In this document: one piece after another, positions 14,301-25,944 of the stretch
How the letters are laid out: every line of letters starts with the position of its first letter
Numbering within the stretch: position 1 is the first letter of the stretch
NCBI RefSeq assembly: GCF_033153115.1
Contig: NW_026889750.1
Coordinates: forward strand, 43,958,001-44,022,000
Source: Saccostrea echinata
Taxonomy: Eukaryota
DNA length: 64,000 bases
Reading direction: 5' to 3'
Position numbers and translations under genes: made by a program
The notes under the pieces: generated by a model
Database searches by the model: none
What the model saw: the letters and a program-made list of their open reading frames with translations, nothing else
Told to the model about the DNA's origin: nothing

Positions 14301-17300
14301 TCCGTTTTTGTTTCAGTGAAACACAAGATGTCATATTCAGAGATAAAGTACATATGAAAGTCTATAAGCAGTTAGAAAAAAAAAGCATCACAAAGATGTA
14401 AAAATATATTCGTTTATAAATTATGACGATTTGGTCCCCAAGTATATGTAACCCCATCCCATCTCAAATAAGAGAACAAAAGTTTATTTGCAAACTTCCG
14501 TTAATCCGGATACGCATGAAGTTTTGTCTTCTAAAAGACGTAAGATGGGCGTGTTACTGCAGCCTCATCTTTATAGGAATGCCAAGTTATATTTTGGTAT
14601 ACCGTTATTTACGTTCTTGCGCCATCGACCCTTTAGTCGATGCTCTACTATCTAAGTGCTGATCTAAGTGGCCCTCTCCGGATTCCATATATGCGAACTA
14701 TATTTAACCTTGTGAAATAATATCGGTTTATTTAACATACATGAAAATCTCAGAACATATACTAAATAAAATATAAATATAAATACATTGTCATACATCA
14801 GAAATAACACACTTAATGTCTTAAATTACGTGAATATATCTTTAAAAATGTGTTTTTGGTATTCGTAAGAAACGCTGTATGTTGCAGTTCACCGACTTTA
14901 GCGTGGGAGAGATGCGAACTCGGTCACTTCCTTTGATGTGGTGACAATGAATTCTCGACATGGAAAGCGTTAGCACGTCACGAACAGAGAAATCATTATG
15001 GTCTTCTGCAAAAAGTTCTAATCGCAAAACATGTGAATGAATCTCACAACTCGGGATGAATTTGAGCTCTTCGACATCTGGGATTTCAATAGCTGCAATA
15101 ACGTAGTCCTCTCCACTTATTTTAATTTTGGGGTGGGGGTGGGGGTAATGGTGCAAGTGCAGGAGTGATCCACTACAAAAGTCTCTTGTGTAAAATAAAT
15201 CTATTTCTATCAATACTATTGGTTCATCAATATAAAGGAAAACTGCTCAACAGGAACTTTCTTTAGTTCCAGAAATACTTAGAGGATAGGGTTGTTTGCT
15301 TTTTACGAAAGCCTATTAGGATCAAACTATGGTAAAAAAAAATCTTGGTTAGTTTAGTTTAGTTTGGTATAGTTTAAATATAAAAAATCATTTATTGATT
15401 GCTTGGTCTCTTAACATTTTGTTGCAGTATGGTTAAACTCGGGCAAGTCATTGCATTTAAAAAAGGTTTTACCGAAAAGTTAGAAAAAGATTCCCCTCAA
15501 GTTTAGGCAGTTTATTTTTTTTTTTGGGGGGGGGGGTTGTTTCTTGTTGTTTTTTCTTGTTTGCTTGTCATTTTTTATGGGAGGCTACCCCTCCCCCTTC
15601 AAAAGCACGGATCTGTCAAAGACATAATAATGGCTCTTCAAAAGGCATAATAACGCCCTTTGGAAAGGCGTAATAACGCCTTTTAGAAGTTTGATTAGTT
15701 TGTAGTTTGATCCTAATAGGCTTTCGTAGCTTTTGTATGTACAGTATTTATTTTGATTACCTGGTCATTTTTGGTCATGAGTGCCGTACAGGACTGTATT
15801 CTTTACATCTAAATTTATATTGTAGATTTTTCTTCATTCTATGCATAAATACGTCATCAGGATTACGATCCGAAAGCGCCAGACCACAACAGAAGTCAAA
15901 AAATGCATTTCGTTTTTGCTGCGGGAGACCAATTTCATAGCAGTGACGGCGTATCAAAACAGCAAGATCACTCACCTTAAAATCCTCAACAATCCTTTTG
16001 CCAAAGCATTCCGAGGGGACAAAGCAAGGTCGGTTAATTCTGAGCATTGGGGATAAATTTACATCATATTCATCTCAAGGTCTATGAATTCTGCGCAATG
16101 GTGATAATTTTACATCATATTCAATTTCGGAGATAAACTATATAACACACGCATATTCATTTCAAGGTCGGGATAAATTTACATCATATTCATTTACGGT
16201 CAGTAAAGACTGTGCTGTGGGATAAATTTACATCATATTATTTCCAAGGTCGGATAGTTCTACTCAGTGGTTATAAATTTACATCATATTCATTCCAAAG
16301 TCGGTTAGTTCTACTCATGGTGATAAATTTACATCATACTCATTCCCAGGTCGGTTAATTCTACTCAATGGTGATAAATTTACATCATATTCATTCTCAG
16401 AGATAGATTTACATCAAATTCATTTCAAGGTCGATTACATTTGCGCTATTTGTGATAAATTGTATCATATTCATTGGTAAATAAATTTAAATCATACTCA
16501 TTTCAAGATCGATTAATTCTGCGCAGTGGAGATAAATTTACATCGTATTCATTGCAAAGTCGTTTGATTCTGCGCAGTGGGGATAAATATATAATTATAT
16601 AAACCTTCTAACTTCTGATTGCCAATTATATAAAGATATATCGTAAACAGAGGTTTTACCCTTAAAAACCTCCAGTTGTGCATCTTAATTATACCGGTAT
16701 CTGATACAAAAGAAATTTATGAACGATTTCAAGGTATAATTTATTACTATAAAAAATAGTTTGCTTCGAGGAATGTTTGTTGAAATCTGATTTTCATTTC
16801 CTAGCTAGTTGTCGGTGGTGCTGTTATGTGTTTTGTTAATATATTTTTTTGCTCCTTAAAAGTCAAAAGCAAGAGAATTTCCACAGAGATCTCGATAACT
16901 GTATACATGTACATATATTAAGCAAGGACTGTGTTAAAGGTAGATTGGAGTTGAAGTCTTAATTGTATAAAGCATGAACTGTTGGATTCAATAGGTAGTT
17001 TTTGGCAGTTTTTACCACAAGTGACTAAATTGCAGCAAGTAATGATAAAATTATACAGTACTTGTATCATTATACGTGTGTATTTCGTGAAGTACAATTC
17101 AGGAGAGAACGTCAGGTACCCGTGATTATGACGTCATAATAGAAAATATCCGACTTCCATAGACCTGTGTGAATTGGTGAGAAAATAAGTTACAAATCTA
17201 CGTGTTCATATATTGTTCTTCAGGTGCGATAAATGTTTTCTCTCTCGAGTGGCGAAATGAACGTGTTGACCTCATGCAAGCCAAGAATTGTATATAATAT

Positions 17301-19739
17301 TTGAACATTAGCACCTGTGTAAAAAAAAAATCACGTACATACCTTGGGCACATTCTTTTAAAAGGTCAGACGACAAGTTCCTCAATAATACATAATTTTT
17401 CTTAAGAATTTGTCATTGAAGTATTGCTACTTTAACAAGTTTTCTCGCAAAAATTGAGTATCTTACTAGGCATTTATGCAAGATACATGTACCAGATGAT
17501 GGTGTTATCTATATAATCCTATTGGAAATCTCTTGAATTCTCTGTATCACAATTTTTAGTGTATATATTTTTTTATATTATTGTGTACATTTTTTTAAAG
17601 ACATATTTTAAAAACAGTTTAACAATTACAAGATAATGATATTTATATTTTTCTATATATATTATAAAGAGATACAAAACAGCTATTCGAGGAAAGTGTC
17701 GTCTGACCCATTTCCATGTGGCTATTCCTGTTGTATTGCAGAATAGCAATCAATACATGGTTAATATATATTTTTATGAATACATGTTGTAGCCATGCAG
17801 TAAATATCAAAACTTATAACAATCGTAGAAACGGTAGACCTCTTATGATTCGAGTTTTCAATGTTCGTAATGGAACGTACTAGTTAAAAACGTTAGAAGC
17901 ATAGTTTACTTAAATATAATTTGACGGATGGTGCGTTGGAATAGGGCCACTAGCTACTTCACATATGAAATGTGGAGATAACGAACATTATTCAAGCTCA
18001 AAGTCCATTATTAAAACAATACAAATCGGGAGCATAGCAAACATGGACCTCCAAAAACATCAGAGGTTGAATCAGGTGCCATGAGGGAGTGAGCATCCAC
18101 TGCCGACCGGTCACACCCGCCGAGTGCTCCATGTCATGATGTGGAAAAAAACGGAAAAATCCGTAGACATTTCAGTGTGTAAATAATGGCCTTACAATTA
18201 GTATGAAAAATGTCATTCGAAAAATATAAGGCGAGATCGTAAGGTTGGCAACGCGACGGTCGAAGCCGACAAAGCAAGGGAGAGAGAATACATGCACGAA
18301 AAGCATGGGCGACCAGAACACGAGCCGAGGGAAACAATACGAGGAAGTGAAGGCAATAAAGCAAGAGAACGAGAGGGAGTATAGGCGACAAAGCTAGGGA
18401 GCAAAAGTACGAGGGCAGAAAGCGGCGAGGCCGACGGTGCAAACCGACAATGCGAAAAAGCGAAATTACCATTATCCTCGAATTACATGGCTCTCGCTCC
18501 GATATTCCCCCCCCCCCCCCGTTTTTGCGATTGCTCAGTTTCGCTCTTTCGTGTTGTCGCTCTAACGACATTGAACTGAGGGAGGTAGAAATTGGATGTT
18601 AAAGCTAATATACTTCTAGTTCCTAGTAATCATTGGACACTATTTCAGGTACAAGCGACCCAGACGAAGGTCTTCAGAGAAAGACCGTAAAGCAGATGAC
18701 TCATACGGACAAGGCAAGTGTGAACAAGATTACAAATGAGAAAACTTAAAAGTGCTAATCCACTTTAGTATAAAGTTTTTTTGTGTGCTATTTTTAGAGA
18801 GCGATGAGGTCAGTGATGAGAAAGGCAGACGACTGTCGGAATCCCGCGCAATCTTCCCGTGGACTCACCAGAATACTACCTCTAACAAAGACAGCGGTAA
18901 ATCTGCAGAAATTATGCTTAAAATGTTATTAAATGATACTCTGTTCACTTGCTGCGACTTGTACGAATACGTATATTATATTACTACGCAAGCTTACATC
19001 ACCCTATTCAACTCGGTAGGAACACAGATATGAACAAATTATGCATGCAGCTGAACACCCTCTCGCATCATGGTTTCATTTAAAGAATGTTTCTCACAAA
19101 ATAAATTATCATAATAAATGTCAATCATTGGCCTTGACTTATAACCAAGGTCAAGTGAGACTTTAAAGTGTTTCAACAACTAACACTGTCTTTGACCTTT
19201 AACTTGACCCTTTAACTTTGACCCTGTACTCGGTGGGCTTATGGCCACTGTTCCTCTATCGCAAATAAGAAACTGAAAGTTAATAAATATTATATATTGT
19301 GTCCGAAACTTAGATTAAACATTCTTTGAACTTAACCTTTGACTTTACGACCCTAAATTGACGAGGCTTGGGATTTATTTCAAACAAAAAGGTTAAATAT
19401 GTCTCTACATATCTTGTTTACAACACTACTGGGACACACTCGCATATTCTACCATATATCCCCTTGCAACATTATTGCGAGGGGATGATATCCAACCAGC
19501 TAAAAGATTTGATTTTTTCTCTAGAATTTTAAACTTCATCCAATATTTCAATGATACTCTCGATTTATCTTTCAGAAGAACTTAGTAGTAGTCTGACTTT
19601 TTCATCGGAATCGACCTCTAAGAATGTATTGATGTCTCCATACCTTCTGAATGCCTATCGTTATAACGTCGGGATCTACGCCAGCATCATGGCCTATCAC
19701 GCTCGCCTGGCGGAACTCAATGGAATCTCCAACAACTAG
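5397..19739 (+). CDS. T-box transcription factor (divergent, Brachyury/Tbx-like), ~436 aa, spliced
   Basis: Inferred exons: 5397-5405 (MEQ, CAG|GTAAG), 5753-6255, 8924-9191, 15826-16028, 18649-18713, 18798-18896, 19576-19739; all phases are consistent (1311 nt). T-domain motifs: LWMAFNEIQTEMIINRSGR|RMFP, YVHPDSP, KLTN, LHSMHKY, ETNFIAVTAYQN..IT.LKI.NNPFAKAF. The first micro-exon and the last three exons are less certain; an alternative start is ATG 5789. Confidence 0.9.
8104..8775 (+). mobile_element. HINE-like element with ~147-bp internal tandem repeats (family also at 21988 and 48170)
   Basis: 5' TTTTAGCACACC...GAGATGAGCTTATGC, a GGCGTT/GGTGTC microrepeat, repeats of GGAGCAGGTCCATTCCCAAGTAACT..., and 3' TCGAGGTGAGC...TATGTT. 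Confidence 0.8.
9183..9403 (+). repeat. Degenerate ~35-bp tandem copies of the T-box exon donor junction (GAGAAT|GTA)
   Basis: GAGAATGT occurs at 9186 (true junction), 9260, 9295, 9329 and 9387. Confidence 0.7.
10451..10792 (-). mobile_element. tRNA-derived SINE
   Basis: On the minus strand: A-box-like TAGTGGTAGG, B-box-like GGTTTCGATTC, and a 3' end GGGACGTTAAACAAC followed by a (CAAT)n tail. Confidence 0.8.
10877..14349 (-). mobile_element. Decayed non-LTR retrotransposon (CR1/L2-like LINE ORF2: APE endonuclease + reverse transcriptase), 5'-truncated, in T-box intron
   Basis: APE motifs DILCFTET, GDFNAR, VDY and SDVHCP (13121-14353). RT motifs NYRPITLLS, FIDFKQAF, RQGENLSPFLF, YADD and FKYLG are spread over frameshifted ORFs 12567-12836, 12035-12586 and 11584-12009. 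C-terminal LPIEAGRW..C..C..GDEFHY..ECP lies in 10991-11581. There is a 3' stem-loop with an AATAAAC(AAAC) tail, and a candidate TSD ACATAT at 10871-10876 and 14350-14355. Confidence 0.93.
15304..15728. mobile_element. Non-autonomous DNA transposon, 26-bp perfect TIRs, 6-bp TSD (IS3EU-like)
   Basis: TACGAAAGCCTATTAGGATCAAACTA at 15304-15329 and its exact reverse complement at 15703-15728. GCTTTT lies directly outside both ends. Confidence 0.85.
16025..16590 (+). repeat. ~51-bp minisatellite (~10-11 copies) beginning at a T-box exon donor site
   Basis: Unit CAAGGTCGGTTAATTCTGCGCAGTGGGGATAAATTTACATCATATTCATTT. The first unit overlaps the AAG|GT donor at 16028. Confidence 0.85.
18010..18133. repeat. 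Fragment of an interspersed bivalve repeat (probably retroelement-derived)
   Basis: GGTGCCATGAGGGAGTGAGCATCCACTGCCGACCGGTCACACCCGCC resembles a repeat I recall as abundant in oyster genomes. Class not determined. Confidence 0.4.
18230..18570. repeat. Purine-rich CG-containing degenerate repeat (GCGA/ACGA units), probable MITE interior
   Basis: Strongly strand-asymmetric GCGAC/GCGAG/ACGAG units, with a complementary stretch TTCGCTCTTTCGTGTTGTCGC at the right end. Confidence 0.4.
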
Positions 19740-21987
19740 TGCTTGGATAATTTATCTGTGCACACTGACCACAGGACGACAATGTCCAAGGGAAGAGAGA
19801 TGTGACTATGTCTGTCAAAAGTGCATTTTGTATATGCTTTTAAGATACATACAATCATACTTTTGACATTCTTATTATATATCATGTCAAACTTGCTAAA
19901 TTTACAAGCACCCTGTGCTTACTCTTGTTTTCTTTGATTCTCCATCACATGTTTGGATAGTGCTTCACATACATCACGTCTCTATGTATTCCAGACGTGC
20001 AAATCTGACAAATTAAACATTTTATGTTCGTCTTTAGGGTGATTTTTATTAATAGAGATCACGTCATTAAATTATTGAATAACCCGCTATCGCAGATATG
20101 TGATTTTAGTTATTTTTGTGTATCTTTTTGCAATGATTGCAACAGTCATATCCCATAAAACACAAGAATGACTAAGACATTTTATTGTTTATATTTATAT
20201 CTTTCTTGTGTTTTCATAAAATGGATGAAAGTGATAAAATATTATATTATCGATCTTTAGGTTACATGCATTGAAAACCCGTGAAACAAGTGACATTTGA
20301 CATGTATTTCCATACTTGAAAGTTACATGTCATTTTTATGTCTAAATTGATGGGGAAAAAATTTTTCAGAACTATTTTAAAAAATTCAGTTATTGGGCTT
20401 ATACAAAAGTACTATAAATAGAACGCCTTTCACATCCTAGTACATTACGTTCAATGAACCCTAACCCCGTCACCAGGGCCCTCTACAATATGTCACCGAA
20501 TTAATTATAATTTTTTCCAGTTTGGTTTTATCTTCCTTCATCTTAAATTTGTACACATAGAACATTAGTTTTGAAGATTTAAAATAGTATTAATTAAATT
20601 GTATTTTAGAAAAAGTATCAACAACAGAAAAAAAATAACGTTAGTATAACGTATTTTATATGTAATAACGTCACGCTACGTTATCTCCAACGTGTAGCGT
20701 ATTACGGTAAATTGAGACGAAAAATCAAATATTTTTAGCCGTACTCAATATGGTATATCATATTAATCCTTTGGCAAAGACCTTCATAAATACGACTGAC
20801 ATGTAAAACTGAGCATATTGACGCCCATGTCGGAGGTACCGATGGAATAGCGCATAAAGGAAAAAGTGCTTACTGATTTCATATAAAATATGATAGATAC
20901 TATAGATCACGTGTAACTGTTATTTATTTGTGATGTTCTTGAAATTGACTGTCAAAATTTCTCGGATTGTAGATTTTCAGCATGTTAAAAATGACGTAAC
21001 AATCGCATTCATTTACAAACAGCGCGGAGTTTCCCGAAAGTGACAGAGTTAGGGTAGTGACAGAGTTAGGGCGGTTGGCGATACTGGATACAACAGTTGC
21101 AAATTAACCCGAGTTAGCGAGTTATGAATTTTTTTCTGCAATGATTTCAATTCCGCATTACTCAGCAAAGAAGGACATTTATCGTTTATATTTATATGAT
21201 TTGCATTGTATATCTTGATACGTATAATCTTTTTCATTTGAAGTAAGTTGGTAAAATTTTGTGTTATCGATCTGTGCGACACAAAGATGGTAGAAACATG
21301 AAACAGTTGCCCTTAAACGGTTTTTCCATATTTAGAGTTACTGATGGGCTCTGTCTATTTCAGAAGCAAACTGTTGTTACTGTTGGTGTAAAGAGCAAGA
21401 AATAAAGGGGGAGATTCATATATATTACAGTAGCGGCCAAAGTTCTTAATAGGAGCAGTTTTATGTACACCATGTTAGAACAACAAGCTATAATTTTTGT
21501 CCTAATTTATGCAAATATTTGATGTACTGTAAATTGAAATTGTACAGATCATGTCCTTTCGTTAATCATGACTTGGTCTACAGGTTGATTCCAGATTATA
21601 GCATTGTGACTCAAGTGAGCGTTGTGTACCATAGGCATTTTGTTATACAATGTACTTTTTCCTGAATTTTCTGAAAATTCCACTTAATTCTTATATTTAG
21701 ATAAATTATATAGCCTTATAGCCCTATAGATAATTCAAAAAATGTAAGGCATCTATATGTCATTCCATGGAAACGGTAAAATCCATGGTAATATAGCTGT
21801 AATTGGTTTTGTTCTATATACGTAGAATAAGAGCACGCCAATAGCGTTAAAAATATTTTTGGTACAACGATCGAAACGCAAAATTTAATATCCACACACC
21901 GTCAGGGGTCCCGTGGCCACGACGTTGTAAGGAAGGGTGAGTAGGAAAAGTATGCGTATCAGCAAAAAATGTTTATATCGGGAATAT

Positions 21988-23038
21988 TTTTAGCTCACCT
22001 TGACGAAGTCTGAGATGAGCTTATGCTATTAGTATACCCCCGGCGTTGGTGTCGGCGTCCCGGTTAAAGTTTTAGAAGCAAGTCCATTCCCAAGTAACTA
22101 TAAGCCCTACCTGGACCAAACTTCCATGGATGATGCATCTAGGGATGGACACTACACACTTGCTTTGGATGCAGGATCTGACCTAGATTTTCCAGATGAG
22201 TGACCAGGATAAAGTTTTTGGATTTTGGAGCAGGTCCATTCCCAAGTAACTATAAGCCGTACCTGGACCAAACTTGCATGGATGATGCATCTAGGGATAG
22301 ACACTACCACACTTGCTTCGGATGCTGGGATTGACCTAGATTTTCCAGACAAGTGACCAGATTAAAGTTTTTGGAGCAAGTTTAATTCCCAAGTAACTAT
22401 AAGCCCTACCTGGACCAAATTTGTATGGATGATGCATCTAGGGATGAACACTACTACACTTGCTTCGGATGCTGAATCTGAACTAGATTTTCCAGATGAG
22501 TGACCAGGTTAAAGTTTTTGGAGCAGGTCCGTTCCCAAGTAACTATAAGCCCTACCTGAACCAACCTTGCATGGATGATGCATTTAGGGATGGACACTAC
22601 CATTTTTAGCCATATTTTAATCAAATTAGCATGGATGATGTATCTTAGGATGGACACTTTCAGACTTGCTTTGTGTTCTGAATCTGACCTACACTTTCCA
22701 GATGAGTGACCAGGGTAATTTTTTTTGGATTAGCTATATAGTATTATGGCCTGTTATGATTATACTTGCATAGATGGTGCATCTAAGGATGAAAACTTCC
22801 AGACTTCCTTTGGATGTTGGAACTGACCAAAATTTTCTTGATTAGTAAACAGGTTAAAAGTTTTTTGAGCAGGTCTATTTCCAAGTAACTGTAAGTCCTA
22901 CTTAAACCAAACTTGCATTGATATTGATCTTGGAATGTACACTAACTAGAAAAAACATGATGTGAAATTTGCCCTACTAAGTTACTTATTGATAACATTC
23001 GTCGAGGTGAGCTTTGTGATCTTTGATTACTTATGTTT
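21988..23038 (+). mobile_element. HINE-like element with ~147-150-bp tandem repeats (~5-6 units)
   Basis: 5' TTTTTAGCTCACC and 3' GGTGAGC form a subterminal inverted pair. Units start near 22080, 22232, 22377 and 22523. Same family as 8104. Confidence 0.85.
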
Positions 23039-23129
23039 GTACATACACGTAGATATATATAAAAAAAAAAAATACTGTCCTAAATTTGTCGCTACTAGGA
23101 AATAAAGAAGTGATTATGTCAAAAAGAAG

Positions 23130-24413
23130 AACAAGAGGCTGCAAGCCACAATGCTCACCAGAGTCCTAAGTCATTCTCCTCTTCTTTTTCAATCTATATT
23201 GTGTCCCAGCCCCAAGGTAATAACTAATTAACCAATCTTGTCGAATCCACTACATACATGGTGATTCTGAATATCATTATGACTAATGTGCCCTTGCTGC
23301 TTTGGGGATTTTTTTTTTCAATTTTGCAGGAAGTAAGTGTCTATGGCATGTAGTATGTAAAACTTGACCCCCGATTTTAGCTCCACACTACCCCAGTGTC
23401 CATATTTAATTTCAACAAACTCGAATCTACACGATTTGGGATGTCGCCATGCGTGCTGCCTTCGAAATTTTCCATTTTAATTACCGGTATATCTGTGCAT
23501 TCCCATGTAAAATTCCGAGTACCTATTTTAGCCTCACACTTGTCCCAGTGGCCATTATTTGAACAATATAAATTTGACTATATTCGGGATGCTAGCATTT
23601 TAATATATATACTTATACGTAAATGTTCCACTTCTCTATTTGAGAATAGGATCAATTTTAATTTTTTTTTTCTTCAGTTTTTTCCCTGTATATGTTCCAT
23701 GTGAATGATCTTTTATTGTTAAACCACCTAAACACAGTAAACATGGTTCGAGTCAGTTTGAATAAATTTATATTTGTAATATCTGGGAATACTTGCATAA
23801 TATAATTTTAGTGACCTTGATGATCTTGATTTAAGTAAAAAATGTAGATTTTTAAATATATATATATATATTCCCATGTAAATTTTTATCCCCTTTTATG
23901 GCCTCGCCCTACCCGGGGGGGGGGGGGGGGGGGTACGATTTGAACAATCTTAAGTTTGAACTACATGGAGAAGCGTGCATATCAATATGACTTATCATGA
24001 CCCTACTGTTCTTTAAAGATTTTCCCTACAGATTCCCAAGTTAAACTTTGAACCCCTTTAAACCGTAACCCCTAGGGCCATGGTTTGATCGAAATTGAAT
24101 CAGAATCTACACTACATCAAGAAGCTTTCGCACAAGTTTCATCTTATCAGGCCCAGGGGTTCTTGAGAAGATTTTGAAATCACTCCACTATTGTTGGGTG
24201 GGGGTGGGGGGGGGGGGGGAGGCTTTTCTTATTTACCCTAGGAAGGGGCATATTCATTCATTTAAATAAAATTGAAATCTTCTTCATTTAAGGATTCTTT
24301 GCAATAAAATTGATTGAAATTGAATAACTGATGCTTGAGAAGAAGTCTACAGTTAAGAGATGACAGACTTCATCAGAAAACTTCACTTAAGCCATTGGCT
24401 TAGGTGAGATAAA
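23130..24413 (-). mobile_element. Decayed HINE-like element
   Basis: AACAAGAGGCTGCAAGCCACAATGCTCACC at the left and CACTTAAGCCATTGGCTTAGGTGAGATAAA at the right are reverse complements of HINE 3' and 5' ends. The interior has degenerate satellite-like units. Confidence 0.6.
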
Positions 24414-25944
24414 TGGTGACCAAATAGAGACCGAGCTAAATATAGCTATGGTGAGAAGAACTATATCACCCACACTCCATGGTGGCCAAAGTATACTAAT
24501 AAATCATCCAGGGAGGCTCCAAGAAGTAAGGAGTTTTCACACAGATCTAAGCAGATAACTTAAATACAGTGAAAAATAAACTTGTAAATATTTTTCAACA
24601 CTTTAGTAGTTACACAACTGCCTAACTGATATTTTTCTATCAAGCTATACAGTGAAAATAAACTTGTGAATTTTTTAATTTTTTTGTAACACCTGCATTA
24701 TTACAATTTCCCTGTTGACATTTGAAGATCTTCTGAGCTTTTAACACCTGCCAATCTGATAAGTAGATAAAACTCCAGAAATAGCTGGCATTACAGAAAT
24801 TACCAGTATTTGATGTCAATTTGTTTCAGGGAACAAACAAGAGTGTCAATTAAGTAAGCTGCTAAAAAGGGTTATTAAGTTCACTGAGGAGTTGCTCAGA
24901 AGTTTTGAAAATAATCTCAAATCAGATTTGGAGCTTAAATAACCTCCTGACTAGATTAACTGGGTACTGGATAGAATACACAAACTGACCACAAAAAAAA
25001 TTCCCAGTATATCTGTTTCTGGAACTGCTGTCCAATCTTTTTGACACATCAACAATAAAAATATGTTCAAAACAAACAACTAAATCTATTGGCCTACCTT
25101 ATTTATTCCCATGACCAATCAGTTGTTAGAGTCTTTACATGATCAATAATTCTCAAAAAAACAGTAAAGAACATTGAAATAACACATTAGTTGATATCCT
25201 TAACCTGCAGTTTAGGGAACCATTGATCATAAAAATCACAATTAAAAAATCATTATACATGTTTGCACATGATAAAAATAATTTTCATGTATGTTTACAA
25301 ATAAAAAAAAACCTGAAGATAATAAACAAAGAATAACAAGATACAAGCAAATAACAAATGAATTGATCACAGCAACAAGTTTGTTGGACGGACAGCAACA
25401 AGTTTGTTGGACGGACAATGATGATAAATGCAGTCGAGAGTCAGCAATACTGAATTAAATGTTTATCACAGATTGGCTTTTATACATTGTTAACACTGGT
25501 CTATGCTAATGGCAGGCCTGAGTCTGCAGGTGTTCTGTTTGTGTGTGCGTGGGTTTGTCAAACAGAGATTTTCACTATTGGTTTCCAAATTTGCCAGTAT
25601 TTCAGTCAGAGCTAAGTTTACAACAAAAAACTGCTTCATACATGTGCAAACACAAGATGGAACCTGCTTTTCCTTCCAAATAATAAATCCTCTCTTTCTC
25701 CAGTAGACTTAGATGTGTACAGAATTTCAGCTGCCTCATCATTCTATCTGCACTTCTTTTATGTGATTACATGAAGACATAAAAGCTTTAAATGGTCCTT
25801 TTCCGTCAGATATTGTGACCTTTCTACAGGCCCATCCATTATAAAGCCTATTATGTGAAGATATCAGTCCTTACTGGCTCTACATGTATATTTTCACGCT
25901 CATAAATAGACTAGCACTATTGAAATATCACAGAGTGAATCATA

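Noticed and set aside
16025-16590. Regularly spaced repeats resembling a CRISPR array
   Set aside because: The 'spacers' are similar to each other, the context is a eukaryotic intron, and there are no cas genes. It is a minisatellite.
18134-18571. 145-aa minus-strand ORF
   Set aside because: Low-complexity translation of a purine/pyrimidine-skewed repeat.
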